Of a stretch of DNA of 51,297 nt, positions 31,414-40,467 are shown piece after piece. Within the stretch, counting starts at the first letter, position 1, and each line of letters begins with the position of its first letter. The DNA is from Candidatus Hodarchaeum mangrovi. GTDB taxonomy: Archaea; Asgardarchaeota; Heimdallarchaeia; Hodarchaeales; Hodarchaeaceae. Position numbers and translations under genes: made by a program. The notes under the pieces are model-generated. The model searched no databases, had not been told where the DNA came from, and saw nothing but the letters and a program-made list of their open reading frames with translations. Where the stretch lies: the NCBI GenBank assembly GCA_016839515.1, contig JAEOUE010000032.1, positions 1-51,297 on the forward strand. The letters are read 5' to 3'.

Positions 31414-31770
31414 CTAATTAGATAAAAATTGTTGGAGGGTATCTAAATCATGAAAAAGAATTACATTATCAAATGTAGGTTCGGGTAAATGATTGATTGG
31501 ATCATAAATAAGGGCTTTTCCCCTTGCGTTTCGACTAAGTTCTCTTTCAGCTGTTAAAATTCCTGTTAGTCCATTTGACACGGCAAGAATATAAGTTCGT
31601 TTACGAAATCGACTTTTGGACTTAAGATCAAATGTAATATAGAATTGACGACTTAAAATCGATTCAACTTCAAACCCACAAAATGAAACGACTGATTTTA
31701 TTTGATCAACAACTTCTTTCACTGAATAAACAACCCCTATTGCATATAACTTATCCATGCTTAAATACAC
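31414..31770 (-). CDS. Small hypothetical protein, possibly an inactive restriction-endonuclease-like fold
   Basis: 118 aa; GFEVE...FDL pattern then alternating beta/alpha. The fold call is tentative. Confidence 0.5.
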   Translation of the reverse strand: MYLSMDKLYAIGVVYSVKEVVDQIKSVVSFCGFEVESILSRQFYITFDLKSKSRFRKRTYILAVSNGLTGILTAERELSRNARGKALIYDPINHLPEPTFDNVILFHDLDTLQQFLSN

Positions 31771-31854
31771 AGAAGGTTATTTTTCTGTTTTAATTAATAA
31801 ATCAATCCATAATTTTAAAACTGTTGTTTTATTAGAAAGTTTGATCTTTTACTT

Positions 31855-32910
31855 TCAAAGCTTTTCCTCTAATTCTGAAGCAGCTAATATACCTTTTGAA
31901 GTAATGTAACCTGTAATTAATTCATTTGGAGTTATATCAAAGGCAGGATTATAAAAATTTGTTTCGTTTAAATAGAGAGATACGTGCTGATATCGAGATT
32001 CTTGGGAATTGAATCCCCATACATATTTTATTTCAGCATTTTCTCTTTCCTCAATAACTATCTCCTTCCCCGTTTTTGTTTGTCTATCAAAGGTTGAAAT
32101 TGGAAAAGCTGTATAAAAAGGAATTTTATGATAACTAGCTAAAATAGCTAAATTATAGGTCCCAATTTTATTAGCAATATCTCCATTCATTGCAACGCGA
32201 TCAGCTCCTAAGATTATTAAATCTATTCTCCCCTGAGACATTAGAAAACCCGCAACAGAGTCACAAATAACGGTATGATTGATTTTTTCAGATCCTAGCT
32301 CCCATGAAGTGATTTTTCCCTGAATTCTAGGTCTTGTTTCGTCAACAAAAACATGGAATCGCATTCCTTCTCTCCATGCCTGTTTTAAAGGTGCAATTGC
32401 ACTTCCATGATCAACTAATGCTAAAGCACCGGTATGACAATGGGTTAATATGTTCATTCCATTCTTAATGAGATCTTTTCCAATAATCCCTATCTTAAAA
32501 CCTTCTTCTTTAATTTGAAAGGCAAAAGTTTCTGCTACTTTCAAGATTTCTTCAGGTGTTTTTGATAAAGATGAAATTATTTTGTCTAATCCATTTTTGA
32601 GATCTACTGCTGTTGGCCGAGAATTTAATAGCTCTTGATAAGCAATTAGTATTTGTTTTTGGAAATCTTTTCTATCAGAAAATTCAAAAACAGCTTGAGT
32701 AAGGCCATATGCTCCAGCTGCCCCAATAGAGGGAGCTCCACGTATAATCATGTTTTTAATCGCTAATACAGTTTCATGATAATTAGTACAAGTGACTATT
32801 TTAATTTCAAAAGGTATTTTTGTTTGATCAATCATTTTTACAGTATTAGAATCTACATCCCACCAAACCGCAGGTTTATCAGTTTCTATCCCATCAATTT
32901 TAAGTTTCAA
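31855..32910 (-). CDS. mtnA: Methylthioribose-1-phosphate isomerase (eIF2B alpha-like family)
   Basis: IDQTKIP, IRGAPSIG, SRPTAVDL, LTHCHTG, DETRP, GADRV..NGDIANKIGTY, NPAFDITP. Confidence 0.9.
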   Translation of the reverse strand: MKLKIDGIETDKPAVWWDVDSNTVKMIDQTKIPFEIKIVTCTNYHETVLAIKNMIIRGAPSIGAAGAYGLTQAVFEFSDRKDFQKQILIAYQELLNSRPTAVDLKNGLDKIISSLSKTPEEILKVAETFAFQIKEEGFKIGIIGKDLIKNGMNILTHCHTGALALVDHGSAIAPLKQAWREGMRFHVFVDETRPRIQGKITSWELGSEKINHTVICDSVAGFLMSQGRIDLIILGADRVAMNGDIANKIGTYNLAILASYHKIPFYTAFPISTFDRQTKTGKEIVIEERENAEIKYVWGFNSQESRYQHVSLYLNETNFYNPAFDITPNELITGYITSKGILAASELEEKL

Positions 32911-33024
32911 GTATTATACATCCATCTTCAAATAATTTGGAGTTATGAATAGAATATCAATTATAAATTTAATATGGATTAAACTTTCCATTCGATTATT
33001 AAACTCATTTTAAAACGAAAAATT

Positions 33025-34038
33025 ATGAATCCATTCCTAATAAAATTAGCTCGTTTTGTTTCTGAAGAAGAACAAGAGCAGATAAAATCTGAAATAAACA
33101 AGTTTTGTCTATCATTTAAGACATCCTTTCAGATTATATCAGATAACTGGAGAAGTAAAAATCGAATTCTCCTCTTAATCGAATCAAAGGAAGAATATTC
33201 GAAAAAAATTATCGAATACCTTCTATCTAATCCAGGAGTTATCACAGTTATAAGGATGTTCCCTGATTCTTTTAATTTCAATCTCCCTCCATTTAAAACA
33301 CTCATTGACCATCTTAGTGATAAGATTCAGCTATTTAGTATTAATGAAGAATATCAGCTCGATTTTCGTGGATTTTCCAACATACCATTTCATAAAAAAT
33401 CTATTATCGATCGATTGAAAAAGAAGAAATTAAGGTACAAGGAAGACTCAGAATCAGCCTTTTATTTCGAGGTTATGAAAGATAAACATACTCAATCTCT
33501 AATTGGACGACTAGGGGTAAAGTACACTCAAGATTTTTCTAATTTTAAAAGGAATCGTTTTTTTCATACTTCTCTAGTAATTTTTTCTCCATATACTGTT
33601 CAAGAAGTAGCAGATTTTTTTCGACTTGCTTTATGCTTTCAAACAGAACTTATAATCACTAATGAAAATCAGAAAGCCGATCAATTATTAAAAAACATGA
33701 AAAAAACATACTTTAAAGGATTAAGTAAAGTAAAATATCATATTGTAAATGAGATTGAATCTCTTATAACAGATCCACAAAATATCTGCCTTGGATTTTC
33801 TCTCTGGGGAAAACAAGATATTATTCAATTTCTAAAGAAACTAGATAGTATAAGGCAACAATATACATCCTCTGATTCTAAAATTCTTTTAATATATGGC
33901 AATGAAGAAAGAGGATTACCTTTAAATCTAAGAACGATTATCCCAGTTTTCCGCATTGGGACTCTTGTATCGGAACCTTTACGAGCATCACAGGCTGCAG
34001 CATATACTTTAGGGTTATTGGATACACTTAAATTATAA
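33025..34038 (+). CDS. SPOUT-class RNA methyltransferase with N-terminal (THUMP-like?) domain
   Basis: C-terminal knot motif LIYGNEERGLP...PLRASQAAAY. Confidence 0.75.
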   Translation: MNPFLIKLARFVSEEEQEQIKSEINKFCLSFKTSFQIISDNWRSKNRILLLIESKEEYSKKIIEYLLSNPGVITVIRMFPDSFNFNLPPFKTLIDHLSDKIQLFSINEEYQLDFRGFSNIPFHKKSIIDRLKKKKLRYKEDSESAFYFEVMKDKHTQSLIGRLGVKYTQDFSNFKRNRFFHTSLVIFSPYTVQEVADFFRLALCFQTELIITNENQKADQLLKNMKKTYFKGLSKVKYHIVNEIESLITDPQNICLGFSLWGKQDIIQFLKKLDSIRQQYTSSDSKILLIYGNEERGLPLNLRTIIPVFRIGTLVSEPLRASQAAAYTLGLLDTLKL

Positions 34039-34049
34039 CTAGAGAGAGA

Positions 34050-35105
34050 TTATACATCAAGCTCAAGCATTTTTGATATTGGCATTTCATAAATAAAATT
34101 CTGACCTAATCTTGTTAAAATCTGTGCTATCTCCTGTTCCCATAGACCTGCGCGAATTATTAAATGAGACCCTAAAAAGAAATCTAGGGGTAACCGTGTG
34201 TATATTTGACTAATATCATAGGTTTGCTTGTAAGTACTCAAGATTAAAGGTACCCAAGATCGAGTGATGGAATGAATTAGAGCAGAGTAATCAGTTATAA
34301 TATTAAAATTTCGAGCAACATGTTCTTGAACAGCGTGACTAATTATATATGCAACGTCATCCATTCTATCTAATCCAGGTAACATGATTGCATCAATCCA
34401 TGCAATTTGTCCTGGAGAGATTAGGATGTTACTCATATGACTATCGCCATGAATATAATCTACTCCACCTTTTGATTGCTCCAAAATCTCCATCCAAAAA
34501 TTTAAAAATTCCTCAGTAATAGTTCCAGATAACACATCAATTAAAGGTTTATATAAAGCAGTATTAGCTGGCTTTTTCTTAGATGGACCATGTAAACGGG
34601 CAAGTGAATACCCCGCATATCCCCATAAGTCAGCTGGTTCTACTCCAAACTGAAGAAGTGGAGTGAAGCCACTAAGAAATTCCAATATTAAAGCTTGCAC
34701 CTCTGGAATTACATGAATTACTTGAGGGGCAAAAACTTGATCTGGAAATCGTTTAATTTGATGTGGTAGCTCGTGGTTCTTCTTCCAATTTTCCCAGTCA
34801 ACTTGACGTATTTTTAATAGTTCAGAAAGTTGTTTGGCATTCTCAACCTCTGTTTCTAAGTCCTTTGCGAATTTTATTACAATTCCCCCATCAATTATTC
34901 CTGCTAGTGCTGTTGAGAGAGCTGCTTCAATAACATAAGTCTTTCCTCCAGCTCCAGTAAAACAGTCTATTTTTTTTATCTTAGTATCAGAGATTCTTCC
35001 AGTTGTTACTTGTATATTTCGAGTAATTTGTTCACTTGATTGAAGGATAATCGATCTTACTTTTTCACTAATTCGCTTCTGTTTCTCAGGTGAATCTAAA
35101 TCCAT
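34050..35105 (-). CDS. APH/choline-kinase-like phosphotransferase
   Basis: GAGG, VIKF, LEFL, LARLH, HGDSHMSNI, WID motifs; start taken at ATG 35105 after GAGGT. Confidence 0.85.
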   Translation of the reverse strand: MDLDSPEKQKRISEKVRSIILQSSEQITRNIQVTTGRISDTKIKKIDCFTGAGGKTYVIEAALSTALAGIIDGGIVIKFAKDLETEVENAKQLSELLKIRQVDWENWKKNHELPHQIKRFPDQVFAPQVIHVIPEVQALILEFLSGFTPLLQFGVEPADLWGYAGYSLARLHGPSKKKPANTALYKPLIDVLSGTITEEFLNFWMEILEQSKGGVDYIHGDSHMSNILISPGQIAWIDAIMLPGLDRMDDVAYIISHAVQEHVARNFNIITDYSALIHSITRSWVPLILSTYKQTYDISQIYTRLPLDFFLGSHLIIRAGLWEQEIAQILTRLGQNFIYEMPISKMLELDV

Positions 35106-35115
35106 ATAAACTACC

Positions 35116-36513
35116 TCAATGAAGAAACTGGCGTAAAATATTTCCTCGTTCAACTAATGCATTAATTCCATCAACAGCATCCTCAGCAGTTTTAAATACT
35201 GGAATGCCATATCTTTCAAATTCCGAATTAACAGTTGGATCAGGAAGATTATAAATTAAAATAGGTTTTTGTGGAAATTCTCTCCGTAATAATTCGATTC
35301 GTGCCGGTGCATCCTTTGATACAGTAGGAGCATCAGTACGTGGTACAATAATTATTCCAGATACATTATTCTGTTTTAAAAATATTTTAGATATTTGTAC
35401 TATTACTTCTGTTGTGGCACTTCCAGTTAAATCAAGGAAAGATAATGCTTTGTTTCCTTTTCCTCGTGATAATGATGTCTGAACACCTTGTTTTGAAATT
35501 ACCGCCTCGGCCTCATTAACTGCTTCTTCAGAAAGCACAGCTAATTCAAGATTATATCGATTCATTCGATAAAGGGCCATTGCTGCAGGACCCCCTGTGT
35601 TAGCCACTAAAGCAATATATCTTCCAAAGATCGCAGGAGGTTGAGTATACAATGCTTTTATTGAATTTACAAACTGACTTGTACTATCACACTGTATAAT
35701 ACCTGAACGTTTTAAAATCTCTTTATAAATGCCTGTAGGACTTGCGACAGCTCCTGTATGGCTTCTCGCAGCCATTGTAACCTCTTCGGTCATTGGTAAT
35801 TTTAGAGCAACTATTGGTTTCTTTCGAGCTACAGCTTGAGAAACTTTAATGAACTTCCTACCTGCTTTAATCCCTTCTAAATAAGCTCCTATTACATGAG
35901 TTCCAGGATCTGACCCAAAATACTGGAGAAAATCTGTTTCATTAAGATCAGCTCCATTACCATATGAGACAAAACGTCTTAAGCCAATATTATTTTGTTG
36001 AAGAACAAGCAGTAGATCAATAGCTAAAGATCCAGATTGGCTGATCAAAGAAACATGGCCTTGTTTTGGTAACTCAAAGTTGGGAAATAGAGTATTAACA
36101 TTAGTCTGTGTATCAATAAGTCCTAAGCAATTTGGACCAATCAACCTTGAATCGCCCAACGCTTTAACTAGAGCAGCTTGTAAATCATCCCTTCCTATTT
36201 CAGAAAATCCAGCTGTGATACAAACAATGGCAGGTATTCCTCGTTTGGAACATTCCGCAACCGATTTAATAGCTAATTTAGTAGGTAAAACGACAATTGC
36301 AAGGTCTGGAACCTCAGGTAAATCAAATACACTAGGATAACATTTAATTCCCATTATTTCAGTAACTTTAGGGTTTATAGGATAGATTCGACCATGAAAA
36401 GGGACAACAAAATGATTAAAAATGAGTCTTCCGTATTTTTTTTCATCAGAGGATGCTCCTAGTATTGCCACTGATCTTGGTTCAAAGAAAAAGTCTAGCA
36501 CTCCATATTCCAA
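35116..36513 (-). CDS. acdA: ADP-forming acyl-CoA synthetase alpha subunit (CoA-binding)
   Basis: FFEPRSVAILGAS, YPINP, ITAGFSE, GPNCLG, SQSG, SYGN..D, YLEG, phospho-His SHTG. Confidence 0.88.
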   Translation of the reverse strand: MEYGVLDFFFEPRSVAILGASSDEKKYGRLIFNHFVVPFHGRIYPINPKVTEIMGIKCYPSVFDLPEVPDLAIVVLPTKLAIKSVAECSKRGIPAIVCITAGFSEIGRDDLQAALVKALGDSRLIGPNCLGLIDTQTNVNTLFPNFELPKQGHVSLISQSGSLAIDLLLVLQQNNIGLRRFVSYGNGADLNETDFLQYFGSDPGTHVIGAYLEGIKAGRKFIKVSQAVARKKPIVALKLPMTEEVTMAARSHTGAVASPTGIYKEILKRSGIIQCDSTSQFVNSIKALYTQPPAIFGRYIALVANTGGPAAMALYRMNRYNLELAVLSEEAVNEAEAVISKQGVQTSLSRGKGNKALSFLDLTGSATTEVIVQISKIFLKQNNVSGIIIVPRTDAPTVSKDAPARIELLRREFPQKPILIYNLPDPTVNSEFERYGIPVFKTAEDAVDGINALVERGNILRQFLH

Positions 36514-36670
36514 CCAACAATATCTTATTCAAAGTTATTTATTAATGACTTTGAGTTTTTAACTAAAAAATCTAAGAGACAGTGTTCCTTTCAGGTACAT
36601 TTAATAAATTCTCATTGGTCTTAAATAAAGTACTTGTTTATACAAGGTGAATAATTTTTTAAAATATTAT

Positions 36671-36729
36671 TTAGAGGAAGTTCTCATTTCTTTCACGATC
36701 CGAGCAACATGAGAAGGAATTGCCTCTAA
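36671..36729. other. Intergenic two-stem hairpin (candidate structured RNA)
   Basis: TTAGAGG/CCTCTAA outer stem and TTCTCAT/ATGAGAA inner stem separated by an asymmetric internal loop. Confidence 0.4.
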
Positions 36730-36934
36730 TTTGGGAAATTTAACCATATTATTAATAGATTAACTCAATACTTATTTTAATTCTCTGAGTACAATAAATT
36801 ATATCCCAAAGACTGATTTCAGAAAATATTCCCCCCTTTGTTTGGAAGAAGTATTCTTATTTTAGCTAAAATAAAGGTACATTCAATTATAAAGATGGAA
36901 GGACACTAAAATATCAGCCCAGAAACTTAAATAT

Positions 36935-37588
36935 TTGTATAATTTAGATAAAAACGGTTTAGAACTATCTCTACAAACGATATTATTAAATTTAAATCCA
37001 ACTATACTAATTCTCTGGAGTTCAATAAATATTATTATTCCTATAATTACTCTATTTTATTATTTCTGGCAGTTTGAGTTTTACCATCCTTTATTCTGGA
37101 TATTTATTCCTGATTCCTATACTTTTGCTATTATGTTTGGAATTTTTATAATTCTAACACTTGGATTCAAAAAGAATATTCAAATCCTAAATATAATCAC
37201 TTTCATAGGTCTAGTCAAAGTATTTTTTGGTTATATAACTCTATTTCTCCTAATCCCTTCATTTTTTGATATAGTGTCTTTAACAGCGCATAGTTTCGAA
37301 TTAATTGAAGGATTAACTCTTTTACCCTTCATAAGAACTGATTTACAAAATTATATCTTTAGTGCAGGAATCCTAATACTTGATTGGTTCATGGATTTCA
37401 ATCCTTTTATTCTACCCACCCTCGCCTTGTACCCATTTCATGAACAATATAATCTGAATCCTACATCTCCATTTATTGGTATTTTTTTTCTTGTTTTTAG
37501 CTTTTTAATATTTAGTTTACTAATTATGATCAAATTTCTCAGGTGGAATCATTCTAAAACTCCTATAAAGTTTATTGAAACTCTTTAA
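36935..37588 (+). CDS. Integral membrane protein, DUF1405-like
   Basis: Several TM helices; WIFIPDS motif and conserved-looking H and D residues in TM segments. Family call from memory. Confidence 0.6.
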   Translation: MYNLDKNGLELSLQTILLNLNPTILILWSSINIIIPIITLFYYFWQFEFYHPLFWIFIPDSYTFAIMFGIFIILTLGFKKNIQILNIITFIGLVKVFFGYITLFLLIPSFFDIVSLTAHSFELIEGLTLLPFIRTDLQNYIFSAGILILDWFMDFNPFILPTLALYPFHEQYNLNPTSPFIGIFFLVFSFLIFSLLIMIKFLRWNHSKTPIKFIETL

Positions 37589-37633
37589 TCGACTTTATCC
37601 TAAATTTTAAAGAATTAAATAGGAATTAGTGAA

Positions 37634-38374
37634 ATGCTTGGTGTCAATATCATAACAAAAACCGGAATTTTAGTTTTTAGTCATGGTTTTACAAGTAGCT
37701 ATTACGAAGACGTTGATGAAGAATTACATGCTGGTATTATGACTGCAATTCTAAATGCAATTCGTGAAACTCAAAAAGAATCTATTATTTCCATCCGTCA
37801 ACGAGAAGATTATTTTTTTTTGCTTTATGAAGGTGTTTTAACGTTTGGAATTCTTCCAACCTCCGAAGAAGATCCAAAACTCCTTGAATTTTTAAGAAAA
37901 ATTGTTTTAAAATTTGAACTTATGTATACAAAGGAATTACATCAAGATGCTATTTTAGAACGTAAATATTTTGAAGAATTTCGTCCCATAGTAAAGAAAA
38001 TGTACAGTGAAATGGTTGAAATTGATACTAAACTCCTTGACAAAATTATGGTAATAATGAAAAATTCAACCTTTACTAATTATATTATTTATGAAACTGA
38101 ATTTTTTCATCCTGTTTTCAAAGCTATTTTAGAACCAAATTTGAATTTTCACGCAGATAGGCTAACCCAGGTTTTTAGACATATTATGGATTTTGGTTTA
38201 AGAATTAATCAAAATTTTATTTCGGGAGAATTTAATTTTGAAGAAATCACCATGCATACTTTGAAAACACCTTCCCATTGTATTGCAATTTTTAATACAA
38301 ATGGACAGAGAGAAAGGGAATCCATAAGAAAGGAAATAAATCAGTTAAAAAGGAAAATTTGGGAATTAAATTAA
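37634..38374 (+). CDS. Longin-like plus roadblock/profilin-like two-domain protein (paralog A)
   Basis: VNIITKTGILVFSH..., DEELHAGIMTAILNA, KFELMY...FEEF longin pattern, then a second alpha/beta domain. Confidence 0.7.
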   Translation: MLGVNIITKTGILVFSHGFTSSYYEDVDEELHAGIMTAILNAIRETQKESIISIRQREDYFFLLYEGVLTFGILPTSEEDPKLLEFLRKIVLKFELMYTKELHQDAILERKYFEEFRPIVKKMYSEMVEIDTKLLDKIMVIMKNSTFTNYIIYETEFFHPVFKAILEPNLNFHADRLTQVFRHIMDFGLRINQNFISGEFNFEEITMHTLKTPSHCIAIFNTNGQRERESIRKEINQLKRKIWELN

Positions 38375-39120
38375 TCCACACTAATAAATTTAGATTTTAA
38401 TCTATTAATTTCATTCATGGTTTTTTCATGTAAATGAGACATAGTAATACAGATCACAAGATATTTTTCAAATTGCTCAACAATAATCCAATAACTTGAA
38501 CCCAGATTGAATGTTAGCTGAGTTATTGGATATTTAATTTTATAACTAGCTTCCAATATTGATTTACACATTAAAGCAACAGTATTCGCATGGGAATAAA
38601 GTTCTGGAATAGAGATCGTGGTAAAAACTTGGTGTAAATGGGGTTTTTCAAGGATAATATAATCCGAAAATAAAGAATCCTCCATAATCTCAATGATTTT
38701 TGATAATCCGACCACATCAATCGAAATTAAATTATCATACTTAGTTTCAAGATATTTATGAAAGTTCTGAAAGTCATTATCATCAAATTCACTAATCTCT
38801 GATGATAGTAAATCTTGAAATTGCGTCTCAAAATCTATTAATGTTGAATTAGCAAAAACTTCCTCCTTAAGATCATTTTCATAACTGAAGAAAAGACCAT
38901 AAGCAAACTTCCCTTCTACAATGTGAACGAAATATTTTCCTTGATCTATGGTTGTGATTTCTGTTTTAATATCTGAATTAGAACTACTTTCCTTGACTGC
39001 ATTTAAGACTGCAGTCATAAGACCCGCTCTTAAATCCTCATCAACATCTGAAAATCCTGGTACAAAAAAGTGAGAAAATAACAAAAGACCATCTTTTAGA
39101 GTGATATTGACACCAAGCAC
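38371..39120 (-). CDS. Longin-like plus roadblock/profilin-like two-domain protein (paralog B)
   Basis: Clear paralog of 37634..38374. GTG at 39120, preceded by GAGG, aligns with the Met of paralog A. Confidence 0.7.
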   Translation of the reverse strand: MLGVNITLKDGLLLFSHFFVPGFSDVDEDLRAGLMTAVLNAVKESSSNSDIKTEITTIDQGKYFVHIVEGKFAYGLFFSYENDLKEEVFANSTLIDFETQFQDLLSSEISEFDDNDFQNFHKYLETKYDNLISIDVVGLSKIIEIMEDSLFSDYIILEKPHLHQVFTTISIPELYSHANTVALMCKSILEASYKIKYPITQLTFNLGSSYWIIVEQFEKYLVICITMSHLHEKTMNEINRLKSKFISVD

Positions 39121-39236
39121 TGCAAAAATCCTCAAAAAATACTATTTTTTTCACTTGATTCTAACATTCTAGCTTAAGACTTTCGCTAAGATTAAAATTT
39201 ATCTATAAAAAAGCAATTAATCAAGTGAGTCTATAA

Positions 39237-40463
39237 ATGCGAATGTTAATTTTCGATCCTAGAATCTCGGGAGCTGCAGGTGACCTTTTAATTGCTGCTT
39301 TATTAGATATGAATTCTTCTAAATTTCGATTGGAGTTTTGTACACTTCTTAAAGAGCTTTTAATAAAAATTGATCCACAATTTGATATATTACATTCGGT
39401 AATAACAAAAAAAGGAATTGCTGGAACACAGATTAAAACTAAATCAAGTACTTACTTTCAGCCTCAAGAATTAACTGATCATATAACCTCCCTTGGAAAT
39501 TCGTTAAATCTATCTAAACCTGCTTTGAATCTTGCATTGAATGCAATAAATTTCATTATAGAAGCAGAATTAAAAGTGCATAATAAAGATTCAATTAACA
39601 ACACTCATTTACATGAATTAGCTTCGACAGATACACTTTTTGATATTTTGGGTTTTTCTTATCTTTTTGATAAACTTGGGTTAAATTCTTATAAACTTAT
39701 TCTACTCCCAATAGCAATTGGAGGAGGAATTATAGCCATATCTCATGGAAAGGTCTCTGTTCCTGCTCCTGCAACATTAGAAATAATAAAAAAAGCTAAC
39801 TTAATGGTTATTGGAGGACCTATTGAAAAGGAACTGCTAACACCTACAGGTGCAGCTTTATTAGCAGCTTTGAATGCTCAACCATGTACAAATATTCCAT
39901 TGATCACTGTACAAAACTATGGAAGAAGTTTGGGGACTAGAAATTATGAAAGTGAGATAATTCCTTTTCTACAAATATTGGAAGGAACTGAAGTTCAAGA
40001 ATTTCTTCAAGAAGATATCATTATTTTAGAAACAAATGTTGATGATGTTGATGGAGAGATTCTTGGGTATCTCTTTGATCTCCTTTATCAGGAACAATTA
40101 GTTTTGGATCTTTCTATGATTAATACTATTACCAAGAAAAATCGCCCAGGAATGTTAATACGTGCCATTGTTAAACCTATAAATGCTCATCAAGTCACAA
40201 ATATTCTAATTCGTCATTTAGGAACACTAGGAGTACGAATCTTACCTAGTACACGACATATAATTCCCAGACGCATAGAAACACATCATATTACTCTTAA
40301 TGGTATGAAAGAGTCAATCCAAGTAAAGAAGGGGTTTATAAAAGATGAGCTTATTTCTGAAAAGATCGAATTTGAAGATATTAAACGTCTTGCAAAGAAA
40401 AAGAAAAAAACTTTACGAGAAATACGTCAACAAATCCATTCTGATATGAAACGGGAGACTTGA
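39237..40463 (+). CDS. larC: Nickel pincer cofactor biosynthesis protein LarC (nickel insertase)
   Basis: SGAAGD, HLHE...DT..DI, HG.VSVPAPAT, ELLTPTGAA, LETNVDD, KKNRPG, TLGVR, EFED. Confidence 0.92.
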   Translation: MRMLIFDPRISGAAGDLLIAALLDMNSSKFRLEFCTLLKELLIKIDPQFDILHSVITKKGIAGTQIKTKSSTYFQPQELTDHITSLGNSLNLSKPALNLALNAINFIIEAELKVHNKDSINNTHLHELASTDTLFDILGFSYLFDKLGLNSYKLILLPIAIGGGIIAISHGKVSVPAPATLEIIKKANLMVIGGPIEKELLTPTGAALLAALNAQPCTNIPLITVQNYGRSLGTRNYESEIIPFLQILEGTEVQEFLQEDIIILETNVDDVDGEILGYLFDLLYQEQLVLDLSMINTITKKNRPGMLIRAIVKPINAHQVTNILIRHLGTLGVRILPSTRHIIPRRIETHHITLNGMKESIQVKKGFIKDELISEKIEFEDIKRLAKKKKKTLREIRQQIHSDMKRET

Positions 40464-40467
40464 AGAC

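Noticed and set aside
31855-32910. Translation factor eIF2B subunit or ribose-1,5-bisphosphate isomerase
   Set aside because: The N-terminal IDQT.IP segment and IRGAP, SRPTA and THC motifs fit MtnA better.
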